Below, in pieces: positions 1-7,850 of a stretch of DNA of 54,270 bases. Made by a program: the position numbers and the translations under genes. Below the pieces are notes generated by a model, which saw only the letters and a program-made list of their open reading frames with translations, did no database searches and was not told where the DNA came from. Origin of the DNA: an uncultured Methanosarcinales archaeon (lineage in GTDB: Archaea > Nanobdellota > Nanobdellia > Woesearchaeales > GW2011-AR9); the NCBI GenBank assembly GCA_964439765.1, contig CAYTOG010000001.1, positions 1 through 54,270 of the forward strand, given 5' to 3'. The number at the start of each line of letters is the position of its first letter. The first letter of the stretch is position 1.

Positions 1-6
1 TTTTCT

Positions 7-1299
7 TTGTGGAGAAACTTAAAGAAAATCTACTCTTCCAAAACTGTTCGACTTGTTCTTTTAGCCCTCTCAATTGCTGCATTACTTGTTATTCCCCCAT
101 TTTTTCCCTCTTATTTTTCCCACCCACTTGCAAACCATATTTATACAACAGAAACATATGAATCTATTTCTATTGATTTTGATACTATAGAAACAGTTGA
201 TGCTAACGAATCAAAAGTTAGTTTGATTAATCGCCAAATTACTGACTTTGATGTTGAATTACCAGAAAATCAAAGAATACTTGTGTTTGTGATGGAAGAA
301 ATCACATGGAGTGATTTTGAAAGGGACAATGCAACTATCCCTATTGATGAAAATTTCTTTGACATAGTTTCTGATCAAACACATACTTACTCCAACTATT
401 ACTCAAATAATCAAGATAGCAAAACTGCAATTCAATCCATGCTATATTCTCTTTTTATCCCTTATGAATCCTACAGAGACCTTAACTGGGTTGAACTCTT
501 TGATGAAAAAGTAAGAAGTCAAGATGGTCTTTTAGAATTCTTTGATGAAAAAGATTATGAAAAAGTGTTTGCAATTTCCGCTGTAGATATTCCTTGGGTT
601 GGAAATTCCCATTATTCATGGGATCAAAGAATTGCAATTGATGAAGATATTTATTCAGAGTCTGACCCAGACTATCTTTGTTTACATGAATTGCAATATC
701 AACGCGCATGTGAAGATTTGAAGATCATTGAAGATGTACAAAAAGCAATATTAGAAAATGATCAATTATTTTTCTTACAAGAATTTGTATATGGGCATAC
801 GCAAACATACAAAGCGAGATATGGTTTATCCCCTGTTGAATATTACAACATGTACATTCTTCAAATCTACGAATTTCTCGAGGAGAATAATTTGCTTGAT
901 AATACCACAATAATTGTTGTCTCAGACCATGGTTCTAAAAGTGCAGCAGAAATGCTCACAGTAGATGCTTACCACATTCCACTTTTTGTGTATAACAATG
1001 GTTTTAGTTCATCTGACGACGATTCATTTTACTCCCAAGTTTACTTTAAAGATATTTTATTTTTCGAACTTGGGGTTCTTGAATCTCTTGAAAGTAATGA
1101 GTTTTTGTATACAGTTGGTGCAACAGCATCAAATTTAATTGGCTACCTCTCTGAAGAACACTATTTTATCCTTGATGAATCCCATGAAAATATTATGAAT
1201 ACAAATGGAATGAGTGAAGAAGAAATATTATCTGGATATGCCACATATTTATTGTATAAAGAAATGTTTGCAGATGACAGTGTGTTTATTAGTGAATAA
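7..1299 (+). CDS. Membrane-anchored alkaline-phosphatase-superfamily (sulfatase / LTA-synthase-like) protein; 5' end uncertain
   Basis: N-terminal hydrophobic helix (VRLVLLALSIAALLVIPPFF). 'TTIIVVSDHGSK' resembles the metal-ligand DHG motif of sulfatase/phosphoglycerol-transferase enzymes. The frame is open back to nt 1 and the codon at nt 7 is TTG, so the start is unresolved. Confidence 0.5.
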   Translation: MWRNLKKIYSSKTVRLVLLALSIAALLVIPPFFPSYFSHPLANHIYTTETYESISIDFDTIETVDANESKVSLINRQITDFDVELPENQRILVFVMEEITWSDFERDNATIPIDENFFDIVSDQTHTYSNYYSNNQDSKTAIQSMLYSLFIPYESYRDLNWVELFDEKVRSQDGLLEFFDEKDYEKVFAISAVDIPWVGNSHYSWDQRIAIDEDIYSESDPDYLCLHELQYQRACEDLKIIEDVQKAILENDQLFFLQEFVYGHTQTYKARYGLSPVEYYNMYILQIYEFLEENNLLDNTTIIVVSDHGSKSAAEMLTVDAYHIPLFVYNNGFSSSDDDSFYSQVYFKDILFFELGVLESLESNEFLYTVGATASNLIGYLSEEHYFILDESHENIMNTNGMSEEEILSGYATYLLYKEMFADDSVFISE

Positions 1300-1734
1300 T
1301 CATTTTTTATCCAATTCTGTGATCAACTCTTTTACTAACTTTTCTATTTTATCTCTGGCAGTCCTATAATCTTCCATCCTCTGTGGGATTTTTGTATCTG
1401 GATCTTCCACATTCCAAAATACAACATCACCTTGTTTATTTCTTTTCTTTAGATACTCTGGCCAATATCTTTTTTCACCAATTACAACTATTTTATCAGC
1501 AGACTCAGCTATCTTTGGCGTTATCTTCTTGCAAATATGCTCATCAACATTAATACCAATTTCTTTCATACACTTTGCTACAAACTCTGTATCTTTAAGC
1601 GATCTTCCCAACCAATCTTTTGGTGGTTTTACTCCTGCACTTGCCACTTGATGTTCTTGAATAAGGGCCTTGCATAATCCCTCTGCCATTTGGCTTCTAC
1701 CCATATTAGCTTTGCATACAAAAAGAATGTTCAT
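1300..1734 (-). CDS. Low-molecular-weight protein-tyrosine phosphatase / ArsC-type arsenate reductase family
   Basis: N-terminal 'ILFVCKANMGRSQMAE' matches the CX5R(S/T) P-loop of the LMW-PTP/ArsC family; size is 144 aa. Confidence 0.85.
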   Translation of the reverse strand: MNILFVCKANMGRSQMAEGLCKALIQEHQVASAGVKPPKDWLGRSLKDTEFVAKCMKEIGINVDEHICKKITPKIAESADKIVVIGEKRYWPEYLKKRNKQGDVVFWNVEDPDTKIPQRMEDYRTARDKIEKLVKELITELDKK

Positions 1735-1837
1735 GATTTTTGTTTTAATGATTTATTACTTAAGCTTTGTTATAAATTTAAAAAACATATGCTAGTAAAT
1801 ATGGAATCTTCTTTAACTGGTTCTTTTCTGTTTCTTT

Positions 1838-1930
1838 ATGTTCTATGAATTGCTTGGTGCCATTGTTCTTGGTATTCTTTCAGGTATTTTTACAGGCTTC
1901 TTCAACGCAAATTCAAAGATTGGATACTGA
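1838..1930 (+). pseudogene. Displaced, truncated N-terminus of a TctA/DUF112-like membrane protein gene (30 codons)
   Basis: Translates to MFYELLGAIVLGILSGIFTGFF-NANSKIGY*. The first 22 residues share 13 identities with the N-terminus of the 12124..13329 protein (MFVEILIAILLGVSAGTFTGLF-PGIHVN). Similarity stops exactly after codon 22. Confidence 0.6.
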
Positions 1931-1936
1931 TTCTGT

Positions 1937-1976
1937 AGTTTGTTAACAAACTGTTATACAACACTTCGTAGTGTTG
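1937..1976. promoter_or_regulatory. Two adjacent palindromes (candidate operator / recombination-directionality site) at the left end of element 1
   Basis: Perfect 16-bp palindrome AGTTTGTTAACAAACT (1937-1952), followed by CAACACT-tcgt-AGTGTTG (1959-1976). The ACACT-N4-AGTGT motif recurs at 11028-11041. Confidence 0.45.
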
Positions 1977-1996
1977 GTATAAATTGGAGACAAACT

Positions 1997-2488
1997 ATGA
2001 CATACTATATGAGAGTCGGAAACTGGAGAATAAGACGGAACGGAAGGAAAATCAATCTATTTGACATGGTTAAAGAGATTCGAAATGACCTCAAAGCCCT
2101 TGTTCCAGAATTATCTATGGATGGTGAGACTGTTCCAAATGATGTATTGATACCTCTCTTGAGCAAGATACGAACTTATTATCGTCACAAGAAGAAAGGT
2201 GTTCCACTTGGAAGAAAAGGTAGCAAGGGCTATAGGGATTTGACTCATGTAGAGAGAATTATCTTTGATTACATGATTCGAAATAAATTGAATCCTTGCA
2301 CCACATATAGATGGTTCATAGCTTCACGAGTTCCTGCTGATTTAATGGAAGAACTCAAAGAAGGAAAGATGAGTCAAAAGATGGCGATGAAACTTGCTGC
2401 TGCAAGGAAGAGAGATAAAGAAAGTGCTGTTGGACTTTACATCATGGAAGAAATCAGAAGCTTTGTTAAAAACATGAAATGGATTTGA
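1997..2488 (+). CDS. Hypothetical basic protein (element 1)
   Basis: ORF taken from the first ATG (1997), which lies downstream of the palindromes. The tracked 1940 start is TTG and sits inside the palindrome. No recognisable motif. Confidence 0.5.
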   Translation: MTYYMRVGNWRIRRNGRKINLFDMVKEIRNDLKALVPELSMDGETVPNDVLIPLLSKIRTYYRHKKKGVPLGRKGSKGYRDLTHVERIIFDYMIRNKLNPCTTYRWFIASRVPADLMEELKEGKMSQKMAMKLAAARKRDKESAVGLYIMEEIRSFVKNMKWI

Positions 2489-2943
2489 AAATGAAACAAG
2501 ACTATAATCAGGAAATTGAACTTTATGCTTTTGATAGTATGAACAATCTTTCTGATGAAAACATTGCATACATCAAGAAACTGTTAAAGAAAAACAACAC
2601 TTATGTGAAAAAGGATAGATGTTTCTTGAATGCAAAAAAGCTTGCTTTATTCTCAAGAGGAATCATTTCTTATGCTGAAGGATTTATTGCAATCAATGGC
2701 AATACAATAAAACATGCTTGGAACATCATTGAAGGAAAGCCATTTGACATTTCAAGAGATTCAACATTAACAAAGAAACTTCCAGAAAAGTATGAAGGAG
2801 TTATCATTCCGTATTCTTTACTCAAGAAACATTTCCAAGAACATGCTTATTCTGGAATGGTTGAGGAATTACTTGAATCATTCATTAGATGGAGAAAGGA
2901 GGTAGAGGAATTTGAGCGAAATAGAAAAAGACAAGACCAATAA
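2479..2943 (+). CDS. Hypothetical protein (element 1)
   Basis: 154-aa ORF that overlaps the previous stop by 10 nt, an operon-like arrangement. No recognisable motif. Confidence 0.5.
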   Translation: MDLKMKQDYNQEIELYAFDSMNNLSDENIAYIKKLLKKNNTYVKKDRCFLNAKKLALFSRGIISYAEGFIAINGNTIKHAWNIIEGKPFDISRDSTLTKKLPEKYEGVIIPYSLLKKHFQEHAYSGMVEELLESFIRWRKEVEEFERNRKRQDQ

Positions 2944-2956
2944 AATCATCATTGCA

Positions 2957-3988
2957 ATGAACAAAGCTTTGAAAGAGAAGAGACTTGGTCAAAGACAGTT
3001 GTATGAAGTCCTTCTGAGTCAGAAAGTTATAGCACCAAACTCTGAAAAAGATTTCAAGAAAATCTTTGAATGGGCAGTTGACAATAACTATGTAGACAAG
3101 AATCGATTGAAAAGAAAAGGAAAGAAAAGAGGGAAGCTTCCAAAGTATTTCACAAAAGACCAACTCATTAAAATCTTTGATGCCGTTGACAGACCAAAAG
3201 ATGCTGTTGCTTGTTATCTTGCTCTGGTTGCAGGACTCAGAATAAATGAAGTATGCAATCTACAAGTTGAAGACATTGATTTCAAGAGAGGAGAACTCAG
3301 AGTTGTTGATAGTAAAAATCCAAATAGGGGGATTGATAATTATGGAACTGATAGAATTGTTCCCTTTCCAGCATGTGTTCAAAATCCAGTCAAGGCTTGG
3401 ATTGATTACATTGGCGAAACAAGTAAATGGGTAATTCCTTCTGATAAAACTCCTGACAAACCTTTGAGAAAAAAATCATTACATGAAAGATTCAGAGGTT
3501 ATCTCAAACAAGCAGGATTACTTCAAGTTGATTATACAATTGAAGTTACTCAGAAAGTCAATGGAAATAAGATTACAAAGAAAGTTGATAGGCACAAATA
3601 CTACTTTCATTGTTTCAGACATACAGCAGGAAGTAAAGTTCAGAATGACCATAATGATGTTGCTTTAACTCAAGCTTTCTTAGGTCACAAACAAATTGAT
3701 ACAACAATGGTGTATGCAAAACTTACTCCAACAAGAGCAAAGAAAGCAATAGGTCAAACATGGTCGAGCAATGAGTATGAATACAAAAATGGACAACTCA
3801 AAGTTCCAGCACAAAAGCAAGAAGTAGTTGAAAAGGAAGTTGTAAAAGAAAAACCAACTGATAGAACAAAAGACATGCTTCTCGCTGAACAACAAAGAAT
3901 CATTCAAGAGATGGGTAAAGGTAACATTACAAGAGATGAATGTCAAAGAATGTTAAATGACATCAAAGAAGTTTCAGGCTTCATTTGA
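2957..3988 (+). CDS. Tyrosine recombinase / integrase (XerC/D-phage integrase family)
   Basis: Catalytic-signature-like motifs: 'GLRINEVCNL' (Arg I), 'HCFRHTAGS' (H-x-x-R) and 'LGHKQIDTTMVYAKL' (His + nucleophile Tyr). The first ATG is at 2957; the tracked 2912 start is TTG. Confidence 0.9.
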   Translation: MNKALKEKRLGQRQLYEVLLSQKVIAPNSEKDFKKIFEWAVDNNYVDKNRLKRKGKKRGKLPKYFTKDQLIKIFDAVDRPKDAVACYLALVAGLRINEVCNLQVEDIDFKRGELRVVDSKNPNRGIDNYGTDRIVPFPACVQNPVKAWIDYIGETSKWVIPSDKTPDKPLRKKSLHERFRGYLKQAGLLQVDYTIEVTQKVNGNKITKKVDRHKYYFHCFRHTAGSKVQNDHNDVALTQAFLGHKQIDTTMVYAKLTPTRAKKAIGQTWSSNEYEYKNGQLKVPAQKQEVVEKEVVKEKPTDRTKDMLLAEQQRIIQEMGKGNITRDECQRMLNDIKEVSGFI

Positions 3989-4004
3989 GATAAACTATGA
4001 TAAA

Positions 4005-4568
4005 ATGCAAGTAGCCATTTATGCAAGGGTGTCAACTACTGAACAGAATGTTGACATGCAAATAGAAGAACTCAGAAATTATTGCAATAGAATGCAGTAT
4101 TTAATCTATGAGGAGTATGTTGATGTAGGAGTGAGTGGAGCAAAGCAATCAAGACCTCAATTCAATGAGTTATTATCTGACATGAGAAAGAAGAAGTTTG
4201 ATGCAATCCTTGTATGGAAGCTTGACAGAATTGGAAGAAGCCTTCAGCATTTGCTTCACATCATGCAAGAGCTTCAACACAAAGGTATTGGCTTCATTTC
4301 CTACAATCAAAACATAGACACTACAACGCCTTCTGGAAAGCTCTTATTTCAGATAATGGGGGCATTTGCTGAGTTTGAAAGGGAAATCATCAGAGAACGT
4401 GTAAAGGCAGGAAAAGCCAAATCCAAGCTCAAACAAGGCAGAAAATCGCTCAAAATCAACAAATCAGAGGTTTTGAGGCTCAGAAAAGAGGGAAAGAGCC
4501 TTCGAGAGATAGGAAATCTGCTGAATGTCAGCTATGGAACTATTCGTAATTTAATAGTTACCACTTGA
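4005..4568 (+). CDS. Serine recombinase (resolvase/invertase type) with C-terminal HTH
   Basis: 'VAIYARVSTTEQNVDMQ' is the classic catalytic-Ser N-terminus; also 'ILVWKLDRIGRS'. The C-terminal 'GKSLREIGNLLNVSYGTIRN' looks like an HTH. The ATG at 4005 gives the canonical MQVAIYARVS start. Confidence 0.9.
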   Translation: MQVAIYARVSTTEQNVDMQIEELRNYCNRMQYLIYEEYVDVGVSGAKQSRPQFNELLSDMRKKKFDAILVWKLDRIGRSLQHLLHIMQELQHKGIGFISYNQNIDTTTPSGKLLFQIMGAFAEFEREIIRERVKAGKAKSKLKQGRKSLKINKSEVLRLRKEGKSLREIGNLLNVSYGTIRNLIVTT

Positions 4569-4664
4569 AAGTTAAGAAACAACCGAAAGGTTTATAAAGG
4601 TGCTGTGTTTCTCACTTATAAATACATAGTATAATCGATTATAATTACATGAGGTTAACCAAAA

Positions 4665-5867
4665 ATGGCAAAAAAACAAAACGTTTCAGAAGGACAGATG
4701 TTCTTTCATTCAGAAATTCTTGATGCTTATAGACTTGCAAGAGATTTTGCAGGAGAAGAAGGTAGAGTGGCTACAATGCCTGAAGTTATTGAAGCAAAAG
4801 CTGTAGCTGATGCATGGAGTCCAGTATGGACAAAGTATCTCATTACATCTTCTGGAGAATTTTATGGAAAATCAAAAGCAGGAAATCCTATTGTTGTTGT
4901 AGCACATGGCATTGATGGAGTCTTAAATGATGAAGGAATTATAGCTCATTCTACAAGAGATTTGAGAGAAAATAGTTACATTCAATTAACACCTGAGCAA
5001 TTTAGGGCAATAGAAGATGGAAAATTTGGAGATGCTACTGTTCTTGACCATGCACAAGTTGTTGGTATGAGACAATACCCTTCTTCAGTATTAAGCTTTG
5101 ATCAAGCTATGGAAGAGCCATTGCTTAGAGCAAGACTTGGTGGAAGCATGGAAGCATTCTTAAAAAAGCATAAAGAGATTACTCAAAAGGAATCTGGAAA
5201 CGATTATGTTTTAACAAATGACCATAGGTATCCATACATGAGAGATGGAGATTTATACACAGGAGGTTTACTTCACATTGGACAATTATGTAATGTTGGA
5301 AGATGTGGTGGAGAGCCAAGCAGTGTATCAAGCGAAGTTGATGTTGCAGACCTTGCAAGTGCAGGCAGGTTTATTGCAGTTCTTGGAAATGGAAAACTGG
5401 GAAAAGTAGGAGATGGTCTTGAACCAATACTTTCAAACCTTGGTGAAAACTGGGAAAAAATTGCAGTTCCAAATGAAGGAAATGGTCAGTCAATGTATAC
5501 TTTAATGCAAGTTGGAGATGAAACTTTCGTAATGTATGAAAAGGAAGGTGCAAGATTAGATTCAGGACTTCCAAAACACCATGTTGTTTCACTTAAACCA
5601 GTTAATGGAGAAATGCAATTCCAAACAACTGTTGGCGGTTATCATGGATTCTTCAAATACGGAATTGATGAAGTCCAAGCTTTAGCTCCTGAAGGTGCAA
5701 ACGCTTATAGGATGGGAGAACCTCAAAATGTTTGGGAAGGCGGAAATCCAGTTGCACAAGTTGCACCAATTCAGTTTTATAGAGCTGAAGTAGATACAAG
5801 CAAAAGAATTCTTCAACCTGAAGAAGTCAAAAAAGACGTAGGTCTTGTAAGACAGCTTGTTAAATAA
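4665..5867 (+). CDS. Hypothetical 400-aa protein, compositionally distinct cargo of element 1
   Basis: Long ORF preceded by a GAGGT-containing leader. Gly/Ala/Val-rich. One 60-nt line (5281-5340) spot-counts 26 G+C, against 19 in a backbone line (38221-38280). No motif recognised. Confidence 0.55.
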   Translation: MAKKQNVSEGQMFFHSEILDAYRLARDFAGEEGRVATMPEVIEAKAVADAWSPVWTKYLITSSGEFYGKSKAGNPIVVVAHGIDGVLNDEGIIAHSTRDLRENSYIQLTPEQFRAIEDGKFGDATVLDHAQVVGMRQYPSSVLSFDQAMEEPLLRARLGGSMEAFLKKHKEITQKESGNDYVLTNDHRYPYMRDGDLYTGGLLHIGQLCNVGRCGGEPSSVSSEVDVADLASAGRFIAVLGNGKLGKVGDGLEPILSNLGENWEKIAVPNEGNGQSMYTLMQVGDETFVMYEKEGARLDSGLPKHHVVSLKPVNGEMQFQTTVGGYHGFFKYGIDEVQALAPEGANAYRMGEPQNVWEGGNPVAQVAPIQFYRAEVDTSKRILQPEEVKKDVGLVRQLVK

Positions 5868-5938
5868 TTTTTAATTTTTTTAAAACTTCTTTCTTTATAA
5901 ATAAAACAATTAAATGCAATAGAAGGTATTTTTTAACA

Positions 5939-6205
5939 CTACTTTATCTCTCCAATCCATTTGAGAAAGTAGATTAAACCTATAATCAGAACTGCTCCAA
6001 TGATTCCCGGAAGTCCTGCAAGCCATTCAAGGATTCCAAGCCACCAAGGAATAGCTGATTCTGCCATGAGTTCAACACCTTCTTCAACATGAGTAATGTT
6101 TCCCGGGTCTTGACTGCTTTTCCAAGTCAGTTTCATTATACCAAAAAGAGTTGGAACTACAAATAGAACAAATACTACAAGAATCGCTATCTCTTTCGCT
6201 TTCAT
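5939..6205 (-). CDS. Small membrane protein (two predicted TM helices)
   Basis: The 88-aa product has two hydrophobic stretches (IAILVVFVLFVVPTLFGI and GLPGIIGAVLIIGLIYFL). It is the last gene of the leftward operon, after TerL. Confidence 0.5.
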   Translation of the reverse strand: MKAKEIAILVVFVLFVVPTLFGIMKLTWKSSQDPGNITHVEEGVELMAESAIPWWLGILEWLAGLPGIIGAVLIIGLIYFLKWIGEIK

Positions 6206-6242
6206 AGAATAAAGGAAGTATAACCTATTATAATAAGTTTAT

Positions 6243-7808
6243 TCAAATCAGGCTTCCACCACCTGAATCCCATCTACTACTTCTCTTTGCAGCCCATACC
6301 GCATAGTTTAAAGCATCACAGAAATCATCAGATGATTGGCTCAAATGAAAGAGTTTAGTCTTTCCTGAAGCAGTTATTTGATACTGAAACATTCGTAGTT
6401 CGAACTGAAGTTTTTGATGGTTCTTTGGAATGATTATTTGCTCATTCTCCATTCTTTTCTTCAGGTTATTGTAGGCTTCTTCTTTATTGTCTATTGTTGG
6501 TTTGAAGTATTCAACAGGCAAATCGTTCTCTTTGAGTTTCTCACATGCAGGAATAGATAATCCAGCCCATTCAGCAATGATGGTTCTGAATCTGTATCTT
6601 TGATGCAGTTTGATGATGTATGCTATTTGTTCTGAGAATGGTTTATTGTGTAACTCAATAATGTTTTCTACTTTGATAAACTCATCCTCTTCAGATACTA
6701 TGACAAATACTGATGAGTCATGTATTCTTCCCCAATCTATTCCCATAAAGTATCTCTTTGAGTTATCTGGAAAGTCATGAAGTGAATACTCTTTACTTAC
6801 TTTCTGAAGTAATTCAACTGAAAAGAAGTTATCAAGACTTTGCTTGAACTGAGCAAGAATCTCTTGTTCATAAACATGGATTGGCATCAATGCTTTCTGT
6901 TCTTCAAGCCAGTTGCTATCAATGAACTTGTTTCTTGAGGAAGGAATCTGCATTGTAGTAAAGAGTGATGAGTTAAAGCTTTCATAGAACTTGTTGTTCA
7001 CTCCATTTGGACTGCTAATGAGAATCATACTTCCGTATGTTCCTGTTCGTTCATTCTTTATGCTGAGCATTGGTTCTATTGAAGCAAAGACTTGCTCTGG
7101 ATTAACAAAGAATGCTGCTTCATCACATACAACAAAGTCAACATTCTGAAATCCTCTGATAAATGTGGTTGATGGAAGAGGTATTATCTCACTTCCATTT
7201 GAGAACTTTAACACTTCTTGATTTGAACTCTTGAAGTTTACGGAGTTAAACAGGTCATCATTCTGTGCTATGAACTCATGAATCTTGTTAAATAGTAACT
7301 TTGATTGTCTTTCCGTTGGTGAGATAATCAATTGTCTTTGGTTTGGATTGACAATGCTATTGTAAATCAGAAAGATAGCAACAGTAAATGATTTACCCGT
7401 TCCTCTTCCAGCACAGATACAAACTCTTTTCTTTGTTCTGAAATGCTCAAGCATTTCTTCTTGATAATCTTGAACATCAACCTTCAGTAAATCCAATGCA
7501 AACTTCTTTGGATTACCAATCCAGCTATGAAGTTGCTCATCTGAGAAAAAGAAATCTTTATTGGAATCAGAAATCCTTTCAAGACCTTGAAGTTGCATCA
7601 AACGAATAGCAAGATTATCATTTGACCTCTTTGAGTATGATGTAGGTTTTCCTGCAGAGGATTTCTTTACAGCCAAGTTATTCCTTGACATCACCATCCT
7701 GATGTTCTGTGGAGATGTATCAAAGTGTGCAGCAATAAAAGAGATGGACTTACCACTGTCTATGAGTTCTTTAATCAATTCTATGTCCTGTTTATTCCAT
7801 CTCGCCAT
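6243..7808 (-). CDS. terL: Terminase large subunit-like ATPase-nuclease with N-terminal HTH
   Basis: Walker A 'CAGRGTGKS', Walker B 'DFVVCDEAAFF' and coupling motif 'LISSPNG'. The C-terminal RNase-H-like nuclease acidic residues are 'GIDWGRIHDSS' and 'SSDDFCDALNYA'. The N-terminal 'GKSISFIAAHFDTSPQNIRMV' looks like an HTH. Confidence 0.8.
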   Translation of the reverse strand: MARWNKQDIELIKELIDSGKSISFIAAHFDTSPQNIRMVMSRNNLAVKKSSAGKPTSYSKRSNDNLAIRLMQLQGLERISDSNKDFFFSDEQLHSWIGNPKKFALDLLKVDVQDYQEEMLEHFRTKKRVCICAGRGTGKSFTVAIFLIYNSIVNPNQRQLIISPTERQSKLLFNKIHEFIAQNDDLFNSVNFKSSNQEVLKFSNGSEIIPLPSTTFIRGFQNVDFVVCDEAAFFVNPEQVFASIEPMLSIKNERTGTYGSMILISSPNGVNNKFYESFNSSLFTTMQIPSSRNKFIDSNWLEEQKALMPIHVYEQEILAQFKQSLDNFFSVELLQKVSKEYSLHDFPDNSKRYFMGIDWGRIHDSSVFVIVSEEDEFIKVENIIELHNKPFSEQIAYIIKLHQRYRFRTIIAEWAGLSIPACEKLKENDLPVEYFKPTIDNKEEAYNNLKKRMENEQIIIPKNHQKLQFELRMFQYQITASGKTKLFHLSQSSDDFCDALNYAVWAAKRSSRWDSGGGSLI

Positions 7809-7850
7809 TTTGTTACACTTTGTTATAGATTTATTGTTACAAATAACAAG

